From positions 1 through 53,748 of the forward strand of contig JBPOHA010000032.1 in the NCBI GenBank assembly GCA_052036095.1: a DNA stretch of 53,748 nucleotides, given 5' to 3'. Source of the DNA: Bacillota bacterium. Its GTDB lineage: Bacteria; Bacillota; Clostridia; TANB77; CAG-508. The notes under the pieces were generated by a model. It saw only the letters and a list, made by a program, of their open reading frames with translations. It was not told the origin of the DNA and did not search any database. A program made the position numbers and the translations under genes. Positions 9,080 through 17,011 of this stretch are shown here, piece by piece; within the stretch, counting starts at the first letter, position 1; each line of letters begins with the position of its first letter.

Positions 9080-10831
9080 ATGAAAGCAATCGAAATAAGA
9101 AATAAATATTTGAAATTTTTTGAAGCACATGGACATAAAGTAATTCCATCAGCTCCATTAATACCAGAAAATGATTCCTCTGTATTATTTACAACAGCTG
9201 GAATGCAACCATTAGTACCATATTTATTAGGCGAAAAACACCCAGAAGGTACAAGACTTACAGATTATCAAAAATGCTTACGTACTAATGATATCGATGA
9301 AGTAGGTGACAACCGTCACTTAACTTATTTTGAAATGCTTGGAAATTGGTCATTAGGAGACTATTTTAAAGAAGAAGCAATAGCAATGAGCTTTGAATTT
9401 TTAACAAAAGAATTAGGAATTCCAAGCGAAAAATTATCAGTAACTTGTTTTGCAGGAGATGAAGATTGCAAAAGAGATACAGTTACGGCAGATTGTTGGA
9501 GAAAAGCAGGAATACCAGATGAAAGAATATATTTCTATGGAAAAGATGATAACTGGTGGATAGCAGGAGAAGAGGGCCCTTGTGGACCTGATACTGAAAT
9601 GTACTATGATACTGGAAAACCAGCATGCGGACCTGATTGCCAACCATCTTGTGGATGTGGAAAATATGTTGAAATATGGAATAATGTTTTCATGGAATTC
9701 TTAAAGAAAGATGGAAAATATACGAAACTAGCCCAACATAATGTTGATACAGGATTAGGAGTAGAAAGAATGGCAATGTTACTTCAAGGAAAAACTACTC
9801 CATTTGATATAGAAATATTTAAGCCAATAATGGATGAACTTCAAAAATTAGCTAAAAATGATGATATTGCAAGCAGAAGAATTGTAACAGAACATTTACG
9901 TTCTAGTATAATGATAATTGCAGATGGTGGAAGACCAAGTAACTTAGACAGAGGATACATATTAAGAAGATTAATTCGTAGAATGACAAGACATCTTAAT
10001 AAACTTGAAATTGATCTAAATAAATTACCTGAATTAATAGATTTAGATATTGATACATTAAAAGAAATGTATCCAGAATTAGTTTCTAAAAAAGATATAA
10101 TAAAAGAAGTAATAATCGAAGAGAAAGATAAATTTGAAAAAACATTAGCAAATGGTGAAAAAGAATTTAATAAGATTGTAATAAAACTTAAAGGGCAAGG
10201 GAAAGATACTATTGATGGCCAAACTTTATTTACATTATATGAAACTTATGGTTTCCCACCAGAAGTAACAAAAGATTTAAGCACAGAGCAAGGATTAAAA
10301 GTTGATAGTTCAGAGTTTGATAGATTATTTAAAGAGCATCAAGATAAATCTCGTATGGGTAGTGACCAAAAATTCAAAGGTGGATTAGCAAGTACAGGAG
10401 AACAAGAAATAAAATACCATACAGCAACACATTTATTAAATGCAGCTTTAAAAGTAGTAGTTGGAAAAGATGTACATCAAAAAGGATCAAATATAACTCC
10501 TGAAAGAATGAGATTTGATTTTAGTTGTGATCATAAATTAACTGATGAAGAAAAACAAAAAACAGAAGATTTAGTAAACGAATGGATAAATCAAGATTTA
10601 TCAGTAGTTGTTGAAACAATGAAAAAAGAGGATGCTATTAAAACTGGAGCAGAATGTATGTTTATAGAAAAATATCCTGATATAGTTACTGTATATACAA
10701 TAGGCAATGTTTCAAAGGAATTATGTGGTGGACCACATGTAAAACATACCAGTGAAATAGGACATTTTAAAATAGTTAAAGAGGAAGCAAGCTCAGCAGG
10801 AGTAAGAAGAATCAAAGCAGTAGTTGAGTAA
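9080..10831 (+). CDS. alaS: Alanine--tRNA ligase, short form (catalytic + tRNA-recognition + editing core, no C-Ala domain)
   Basis: Class-II AlaRS N-terminus: FFEAHGHKVIPSAPLIP, FTTAGMQP, GDNRHLTYFEMLGNWS, GPCGPDTEMYYD and EIWNNVFMEF. Editing-core zinc motifs are HTATHLL and CGGPHV. The ORF ends right after GVRRIKAVVE at 583 aa. Confidence 0.85.
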   Translation: MKAIEIRNKYLKFFEAHGHKVIPSAPLIPENDSSVLFTTAGMQPLVPYLLGEKHPEGTRLTDYQKCLRTNDIDEVGDNRHLTYFEMLGNWSLGDYFKEEAIAMSFEFLTKELGIPSEKLSVTCFAGDEDCKRDTVTADCWRKAGIPDERIYFYGKDDNWWIAGEEGPCGPDTEMYYDTGKPACGPDCQPSCGCGKYVEIWNNVFMEFLKKDGKYTKLAQHNVDTGLGVERMAMLLQGKTTPFDIEIFKPIMDELQKLAKNDDIASRRIVTEHLRSSIMIIADGGRPSNLDRGYILRRLIRRMTRHLNKLEIDLNKLPELIDLDIDTLKEMYPELVSKKDIIKEVIIEEKDKFEKTLANGEKEFNKIVIKLKGQGKDTIDGQTLFTLYETYGFPPEVTKDLSTEQGLKVDSSEFDRLFKEHQDKSRMGSDQKFKGGLASTGEQEIKYHTATHLLNAALKVVVGKDVHQKGSNITPERMRFDFSCDHKLTDEEKQKTEDLVNEWINQDLSVVVETMKKEDAIKTGAECMFIEKYPDIVTVYTIGNVSKELCGGPHVKHTSEIGHFKIVKEEASSAGVRRIKAVVE

Positions 10832-11120
10832 AATTTTAAAAATAAATATTTGATAACTATCTAAAAATATATAAGAAAAATGTGAAATAAAAATAATAGG
10901 TAATAAAAATGTAATCAAATTGTAATTGGTTATACCTTGAATTAAAACGAAAAAAAGATATAATAGATTATATAATATTTCATTAAGATTTAAAATATTA
11001 AATTAAAGTTAATATTGCAATATAAATAGTTTATAGGTAATCTATTATAAAAACCTAAATTTATAATAGTGTGAAAAATTAAAAAAATATTCATGCTAAA
11101 AAGTTGTATGAGGAATAAAA

Positions 11121-11456
11121 ATGGACGAAGATTGTGTTTTTTGTAAGATAGTTAAAGGTGAGATACCCTCAACAAAAGTATATGAAGATGAAGATATAAT
11201 TGCATTTAATGACATAAATCCAATAGCACCAATACATATATTAGTAGTTCCAAAGAAACATATATTAAGTATAATGGAATTAGAAGACGAAAAATTACTA
11301 TCACATATTTTAAAAGTAATAAAACAAATAGCTAAAGAAAAAGGATTAGATGAAAAGGGTTTTAGAATAGTTACTAATATAGGAAAAGATGGAGGACAGG
11401 CAGTAAAACACTTACATTTTCATATATTAGGTGGTATGCAATTACCAACAAGATAA
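11121..11456 (+). CDS. HIT (histidine triad) family nucleotide hydrolase
   Basis: 111 aa. CVFCKIV at the N-terminus and the histidine-triad motif HLHFHILGG near the C-terminus. Confidence 0.9.
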   Translation: MDEDCVFCKIVKGEIPSTKVYEDEDIIAFNDINPIAPIHILVVPKKHILSIMELEDEKLLSHILKVIKQIAKEKGLDEKGFRIVTNIGKDGGQAVKHLHFHILGGMQLPTR

Positions 11457-11617
11457 ATAAGATTCAGTTTAAAAGTTTACAAATTTTAAAAGAGATAAAT
11501 TAAAAAATGTAAAAGTTAAAATAAGACAAATCATAATAAAAAATGTTATGTAGTAAATTATTTAATTTTAGAAAATAGGAAGGAGAGTATGATTTAATAA
11601 ATCATACAAATTGTAAA

Positions 11618-12340
11618 ATGATTGATAAAAAATATAATAAGGTTTTAACTGTAATATTAGTTATAGTTGGGGTATTAATCGTTGGAGCATTAGGATTTTG
11701 GGGATACGAAATATACACTCAATATTATACAAAAAAGTCAACGAAAGAGGCAGTCCAAGACTTTGACAATATAATAGCAAGTTTTAATAATAATCAAACA
11801 AATTCATATCAAAATGTTTCTTTAGCTAATGAAACAAGCAATGTAACTTTAGAAAATACAACAGAGAGTTTAAATACAACAGAAACAAATACTAATACTA
11901 ATAAAAATACATCATCATCTTCTTCTAAAGTAAGCACTCAAACATATAAAGGCTTTACAGTAGTTGGAAAAATTGAAATACCAAAGACAAATGTAAGCTT
12001 GCCAGTATTAAATGTTGCTACAAAAAAGTCAATGGAAGCATCTGTAGGAGTTGTTTTTGGACCAGGACTTAATAAAGTTGGGAATACTGTTATTTTAGGA
12101 CATAACTATAGAAATGGGACATTCTTCTCAAATAATAAAAATTTAGTTAGTGGAGATTTAATATACATTACAGATACTACTGGAGCTAGAATTAAATATA
12201 CAATTTATAATACGTATACAACCGGTTCTGATGATTTTGATTATGCAACAAGAGATACAGCAGGAAAGAGGGAAATATCACTTTCAACTTGTACGGATGA
12301 TGTAAAATCAAGATTAGTAATATGGGCAAAAGAAGACTAA
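11618..12340 (+). CDS. Sortase-family transpeptidase
   Basis: N-terminal TM and an N/T/S-rich linker. Catalytic-domain motifs are ILGHNYRNGTFFSN (His) and ISLSTCT (TLxTC-type Cys), followed by a conserved Arg (SRLVIWA). Confidence 0.8.
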   Translation: MIDKKYNKVLTVILVIVGVLIVGALGFWGYEIYTQYYTKKSTKEAVQDFDNIIASFNNNQTNSYQNVSLANETSNVTLENTTESLNTTETNTNTNKNTSSSSSKVSTQTYKGFTVVGKIEIPKTNVSLPVLNVATKKSMEASVGVVFGPGLNKVGNTVILGHNYRNGTFFSNNKNLVSGDLIYITDTTGARIKYTIYNTYTTGSDDFDYATRDTAGKREISLSTCTDDVKSRLVIWAKED

Positions 12341-12458
12341 AAAATTAAAGTTTTTATTATAAAAGCAAATTAATAAGAGTATGTTAATATGAAAATTTAT
12401 AAAATATTGAGTAAAGATAAAAAAATGTATAATATTTTAATAAATTCAAAAAAATAGG

Positions 12459-12487
12459 TTGACAATAAATAAAAAATAATGTAAAAT
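12459..12487 (+). promoter_or_regulatory. Putative sigma-A promoter for the tRNA-His/tRNA-Gln pair (TTGACA-N17-TAAAAT)
   Basis: TTGACA at 12459-12464 and TAAAAT at 12482-12487 with a 17-nt spacer. Confidence 0.5.
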
Positions 12488-12558
12488 AAATAGTGTTTTG
12501 TAGTGATAAGATTATTATGAAACATATATGTTATTTATCAAAATAATATACATGAGAT

Positions 12559-12636
12559 GGTGGATTTAGCGTAGCTGGTTAACGCGCCAGTTTGTGGCAC
12601 TGGAGATCGTGGGTTCGAATCCCACACTCCACCCCA
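12559..12636 (+). tRNA. tRNA-His (anticodon GUG) with encoded G-1
   Basis: Cloverleaf: G-1 + GTGGATT / ACTCCAC (one U-C mismatch), D-arm GCGT/ACGC, anticodon stem CCAGT/ACTGG with loop TTGTGGC, T-arm GTGGG-TTCGAAT-CCCAC, then C73 and encoded CCA. Confidence 0.92.
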
Positions 12637-12662
12637 TTATAATATATTATTAATTTAAATAT

Positions 12663-12737
12663 TGGGCTATAGCCAAGCGGTAAGGCATTAGACTTTGACT
12701 CTAACATGCGGTAGTTCGAATCTACCTAGCCCAACCA
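12663..12737 (+). tRNA. tRNA-Gln (anticodon UUG)
   Basis: Sequence is TGGGCTATAGCCAAGCGGTAAGGCATTAGACTTTGACTCTAACATGCGGTAGTTCGAATCTACCTAGCCCAACCA. Acceptor stem is TGGGCTA/TAGCCCA. Anticodon loop is CTTTGAC. CCA is encoded. Confidence 0.93.
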
Positions 12738-12740
12738 AAA

Positions 12741-12776
12741 AAACAGAATTTGTACTAAATTCTGTTTTATTTTTTG
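12741..12776 (+). terminator. Intrinsic terminator after the tRNA pair
   Basis: Stem AAACAGAATTT / AAATTCTGTTT with loop GTACT, followed by TATTTTTT. Confidence 0.75.
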
Positions 12777-12868
12777 TTATCAATCTATCATTATAAGTAG
12801 TTAATTGATTTTTTACACTAATTGTGGTAAAATCTATGATAGATAAGTAATGAAAGGAAAAGAAAAAA

Positions 12869-14188
12869 ATGAACGAGAAAAAAAGCTTTAGTGAGTTTTT
12901 AAGTTGTGTTAATTTGGTATCAGCTAATTCAAAAATAAGAGAAATAGAAAGAAACAAGGAAAGAAAATTAACTAAAATGGAAAAAGAAAAAATATATCAA
13001 AAAAGATATATTTTACAAGAGACATCTGACAATAATAAAGTTAATAAATGGTTGCTAAGAAAATCTATAGAAAAATCTATTTTAGGTGAATGCAATGAAA
13101 AAAAGAAAACAATAATAGAACTAGAAAAAGAAGACATTGATAGAATAGTTAAAGAGTGTAAAGATAGGAAAAGTAAAATTATATCAGGTAGTGCCTTTTT
13201 TTTAGCAGGTTGTTTGGCAACTAGTGCAACTGTAGTAGGAATAAATTCTCGTAATACTGGAAATGGTTATCCAACAGTAAAGCAAAAAAATGGTAATTTT
13301 GTAATTGAGCAATCAAATAAGTATATTAAAGATTGCGATGAACATAACTACAGTGATCCAGAAGATTTTGAAGTTAATATGAAAAACGAAACTGGTAATG
13401 TAACTGTTAATAACAAGGATGGAGGTATACATAAAGTATATATAAATAATATTCCTAATGGGAGCGAATGGAATTATAATGATATAACTGATAATTCTGC
13501 TTTATATAATGATACTAATGTTACAATTAATGGATATGTGATTACTAATAAAGAAGTAAATTTAGAAGAGACAGCAAATGCAAAGAGTGTGTCAGAAATA
13601 AATAAATTAAATACCTCAAAGAAAGTTTTGGATTTTGCGAAAGGCATATATATAAAAGAGTATAATAAAAATAATGGTACAAACTACACAATAGACCAAG
13701 TAGAGTTATCAAAAACTAGAAATAATAGTAGCTTGCGTTATTATGATTCTAAAAAAGTTTTCGTAGAAAGTGAAGAAGCTGGCATAGATGAAAAAGCAGA
13801 AAAATTGAATAATAAAGAATTAGGTTTAATTTCAACTTCATTAGGCGAAAAAGTATATCCAGGGGATTATGATTTTTATCCAAAGATGGTAAGTGTATTT
13901 GATAGTCTACAAGAAGCTGATAATCCACCTGCAAATGCAAATATTTCATTAATACATACAGGAGCAGTTTTGACAAATCTTTTGGATTTATATTTGGCAT
14001 TAAACTTAGAAGAAAATGGAAAGAAAAGTGGAGCAGTAGATATTTATACTAAAAGATGTATATCTGCACTAACAAATTATCGTATAGAAGAAGCCTACCG
14101 TGTAATGGAGGAAGATGCATGCACTACATATTCGTATGTTAATGAAAAGAATACAATAGATGATAAAGTGACAGATGATGGAAGATAA
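12869..14188 (+). CDS. Hypothetical single-pass membrane protein (no recognisable domain)
   Basis: 439-aa ORF. It has a Lys/Glu-rich N-terminal region, one TM (IISGSAFFLAGCLATSATVVGI) and an N-rich extracytoplasmic region. The stop is 5 nt before the next CDS. Confidence 0.55.
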   Translation: MNEKKSFSEFLSCVNLVSANSKIREIERNKERKLTKMEKEKIYQKRYILQETSDNNKVNKWLLRKSIEKSILGECNEKKKTIIELEKEDIDRIVKECKDRKSKIISGSAFFLAGCLATSATVVGINSRNTGNGYPTVKQKNGNFVIEQSNKYIKDCDEHNYSDPEDFEVNMKNETGNVTVNNKDGGIHKVYINNIPNGSEWNYNDITDNSALYNDTNVTINGYVITNKEVNLEETANAKSVSEINKLNTSKKVLDFAKGIYIKEYNKNNGTNYTIDQVELSKTRNNSSLRYYDSKKVFVESEEAGIDEKAEKLNNKELGLISTSLGEKVYPGDYDFYPKMVSVFDSLQEADNPPANANISLIHTGAVLTNLLDLYLALNLEENGKKSGAVDIYTKRCISALTNYRIEEAYRVMEEDACTTYSYVNEKNTIDDKVTDDGR

Positions 14189-14193
14189 ATAAA

Positions 14194-15357
14194 TTGGAGT
14201 ATAATAGAAAAGATATGAGTCAATGTAAGATTAGTTCTAAATGTGGTGGATGTACATTTATTGAGTTCCCTTATGAAGAACAATTGAATAAGAAAACTAA
14301 TTATATGAAACAATTAATGAAAGGTGTTATTAATGCAAAAATTGATAACACTATTGGCATGGAAATGCCATTACATTATAGAAATAAAGGTAAATATGCT
14401 TTAAAAAATGGTAAGATGGGTTTCTATGAAGAAGGCACTCATACAATAGTATATGAAAAATGTATTATTCAAAATGAAAAAATAAATGAAGTTGCTGACT
14501 ATATATTTCAATTAGTAAAAAAGTATAATATAAGTATATATAATGAGGATAATGGAAAAGGTTTTTTACGTTATGTAGTAATTAGATATGGAATAAATAC
14601 AGATGAAATTATGATTATATTTGTAACTACTAATGGAAGATTATTTAAAAGAAATGAAATTATAAAAGATATTTTAAATAAATTTTCTAATGTAAAATCC
14701 ATAGTACAAAATATTAATGAAAAGGATACTAATGCAATATTAGGAAGCAAAGTATATAATTTATATGGAAATGATTATATATTTGATAAAATTAAAATTA
14801 ATAATGTTGAATTTAAATTCAAAATATCACCATTGTCTTTTTATCAAGTTAATACAATTCAAATGCAAGTTTTGTATTCAAAAGCGATAGAACTTGCACA
14901 ATTAGATAATACTCAAATTGTGTATGATTTATATTCTGGGATAGGAACTATTTCTATATGCATATCTAATAATATTAAAAAGGTATATGGGATTGAGATA
15001 GTTAAAGATGCTGTCAGAGATGCCGTGGAAAATGCAAAAATAAATAACATAAAAAATGCAAAATTTATTTCTGGAAAAGTTGAAGACTTGCTTCCTAGAT
15101 TGTGTGCTACAGAAAAAGCTGATGTAATTTTTGTTGATCCACCAAGAAGCGGATTAGATAAAAAAACGATAGATATATTATTAAAAGTTAAACCTAAAAA
15201 AATAGTATATATAAGTTGTAATCCAGAAACTTTAAAGAGTGATTTAATTAATTTAAAAAAACAATATGTTATTAATGAAATTCAACCAGTTGATATGTTT
15301 CCATTTACAAAACACGTGGAGTGTGTGACAATGCTAAAATTAAAAAATAATTTATAA
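14194..15357 (+). CDS. 23S rRNA (uracil-5-)-methyltransferase, RumA/RlmCD family
   Basis: N-terminal Fe-S Cys cluster (C..KCGGC). SAM-MTase motifs are DLYSGIGTISI, VDPPRSGL and YISCNPETL. The catalytic-Cys segment is VDMFPFTKHVECV. The start is uncertain (TTG 14194 or ATG 14215). Confidence 0.85.
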   Translation: MEYNRKDMSQCKISSKCGGCTFIEFPYEEQLNKKTNYMKQLMKGVINAKIDNTIGMEMPLHYRNKGKYALKNGKMGFYEEGTHTIVYEKCIIQNEKINEVADYIFQLVKKYNISIYNEDNGKGFLRYVVIRYGINTDEIMIIFVTTNGRLFKRNEIIKDILNKFSNVKSIVQNINEKDTNAILGSKVYNLYGNDYIFDKIKINNVEFKFKISPLSFYQVNTIQMQVLYSKAIELAQLDNTQIVYDLYSGIGTISICISNNIKKVYGIEIVKDAVRDAVENAKINNIKNAKFISGKVEDLLPRLCATEKADVIFVDPPRSGLDKKTIDILLKVKPKKIVYISCNPETLKSDLINLKKQYVINEIQPVDMFPFTKHVECVTMLKLKNNL

Positions 15358-15427
15358 AGGAGGAAAAATAAAAGAAATTTTAAATTAAAAAATTAAAGAA
15401 ATTAAAGAAATTTTAAAGGAGAAAAAA

Positions 15428-16081
15428 ATGAAAAAAGTTATATTAAGTATAATAATTATTTTAGTTATAGTTTTGTTAGGATTAGGAGGATATTTACTTT
15501 ATACTAAACTTAATGCAAAGAATATTGATGTGTCTGCAATTAATATTGCAAATTCAGCAGAAGTAAAAAATATGGTAAATGAAAGTTCGAATAAAGTAGA
15601 AAATATAGTAGAAAGTCAAAATGCAAATAAAATAGAAAGCCAAAATGCAAATAAAATAGAAAGCAAAAATGCAAATAAAATAGAAAGCCAAGAAACAAAT
15701 GCGACAGAAAGTCAAGAATCAATAATTAGAAGATTATTTTTAAAAGAGTTAGAAAAAGATAATGAAAATTGTTCAGAAAAATTAGAAGATTACAGAATTG
15801 ATAGTATACAGATATATCAAGGAAAAGAAAGAGAAGATATTATTAGCACTTGGTTTGAAGGTGAGAACGCAAATAGTTTAGAACAAAAGGTTAATATATC
15901 ATCAGCATCAATTTTTGCTAGTGTAAATTATTCTGTTAAACCTAAAGATATTAATAATACTGTTTGGATAGCAGGAAGTGGATCTGCAGATAAAGAAGGC
16001 TGGTTAAATAAAGGATCATATGTATATGCAGACAAAAAAGACGGAAATTATGAAATTATTGATAGTGGAACTGGTTGGTAA
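15428..16081 (+). CDS. Hypothetical N-terminally anchored/secreted protein with (ESQNANKI)x3 repeat
   Basis: 217 aa. GGAG RBS, N-terminal TM/signal and a 24-bp coding tandem repeat around 15605-15680. Confidence 0.55.
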   Translation: MKKVILSIIIILVIVLLGLGGYLLYTKLNAKNIDVSAINIANSAEVKNMVNESSNKVENIVESQNANKIESQNANKIESKNANKIESQETNATESQESIIRRLFLKELEKDNENCSEKLEDYRIDSIQIYQGKEREDIISTWFEGENANSLEQKVNISSASIFASVNYSVKPKDINNTVWIAGSGSADKEGWLNKGSYVYADKKDGNYEIIDSGTGW

Positions 16082-16138
16082 AATTTAAATAATATTATTT
16101 GAATTTTAAGTTAACAATTTTATTTACTATTTAATACA

Positions 16139-16597
16139 TTAATTTAATAATAAAACATTGTAGCATATTATGCTTGCAAATATTAACCATATAATATATG
16201 GAATTTGTAAAAATGCTGCAGTCTTGCTAATCTTTAGAAATTTGAAGAACATAATTATAACGAATACTAAAATAAGCAAAATCCAAATAAAAGAGAATAA
16301 GAACCATTTCATTCTGAAAAAGAATAATGTCCATAGAGAATTGAGAACAAGCTGTATTCCATAAAAGATTAAGGCTTGTTTTTTATTTTGACTTTTTGAT
16401 TCATAAATGATATAGCTGGAAATTCCCATGAGAGTGTAAAGTATTATCCAAACAATAGGAAAAACTATTGCAGGTGGAACAAAATTAGGTTTATTAATAT
16501 TATTAAAACCAGCGGAAGAATTTCCAAGCAGACCTCCTAAAGCTCCAACAACATTTGGAATTATTATATTAATTATTAGACTTTTTAGACTAATCAT
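16139..16597 (-). CDS. tspO: TspO/MBR family tryptophan-rich sensory protein
   Basis: 152 aa with 5 TM segments. Family-like segments are PNFVPPAIVFPIVWIILYTLMGISSY, LVLNSLWTLFFF and FLQIPYIIWLIFA. RBS GGAGG lies upstream on the minus strand. Confidence 0.8.
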   Translation of the reverse strand: MISLKSLIINIIIPNVVGALGGLLGNSSAGFNNINKPNFVPPAIVFPIVWIILYTLMGISSYIIYESKSQNKKQALIFYGIQLVLNSLWTLFFFRMKWFLFSFIWILLILVFVIIMFFKFLKISKTAAFLQIPYIIWLIFASIICYNVLLLN

Positions 16598-16722
16598 TTT
16601 GAAAATCCTCCATTACTTAAGAGTATATTCAAAATTTTAATTATTATTCTCTTAATGATTATAATCTTTTAATTTGAGTTAAAATATTTTTGTGTCCAAA
16701 TTGTAAAAAATTTCTAAATTTA

Positions 16723-16750
16723 TTGACAATAAATTGTTTTATAGTATAAT
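16723..16750 (+). promoter_or_regulatory. Putative sigma-A promoter of the ABC-exporter operon (TTGACA-N16-TATAAT)
   Basis: TTGACA at 16723-16728 and TATAAT at 16745-16750. It lies about 260 nt upstream of the 17012 start. Confidence 0.5.
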
Positions 16751-16790
16751 ATTAGAAAGTTAATAAAAAATTTTTTATTATTTAGAAGGT

Positions 16791-16940
16791 TAATTAAACA
16801 ATATAAGTATTTAATAATGTTAATTATTTAGAAACTTAATTAAACAATATAAGTATTTAATAATGTTAATTATTTATAAATTTAATTAAACAATATAAGT
16901 ATTTAATAATGTTAATTATTTATAAATTTAATTGAAAAAT
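16791..16940. repeat. 46-bp tandem repeat, 3 full copies plus a partial one
   Basis: The unit TAATTAAACAATATAAGTATTTAATAATGTTAATTATTTA(G/T)AAA(C/T)T starts at 16791, 16837 and 16883. A partial copy starts at 16929. Each unit contains the imperfect inverted repeat TAATTAA(A)CA...TGTTAATTA. Confidence 0.9.
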
Positions 16941-17011
16941 ATGTATATTTTAAAATCTTTATTATAAAGTTTATTTATAAAAAATTAAAAAATACAGATA
17001 GGGGAAGTTTA

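Noticed and set aside
12688-12957. 89-aa minus-strand ORF
   Set aside because: It overlaps tRNA-Gln(UUG) and its terminator and runs antisense into the 12869 CDS start. It has no RBS.
16818-16933. Reiterated mini-ORFs inside the 46-bp repeats (ATG TTA ATT ATT TAG; ATG TTA ATT ATT TAT AAA TTT AAT TAA/TGA) as leader peptides for attenuation
   Set aside because: None is preceded by a purine-rich Shine-Dalgarno. They are most simply a by-product of the repeated AT-rich unit. The idea is kept only as a remark under the repeat finding.
16791-16940. CRISPR array
   Set aside because: The 46-bp units are directly abutting near-identical copies with no unique spacers. The same is true of the 22-bp array at 53650-53748 and the 12-bp array at 34789-34872. 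No cas genes are present.
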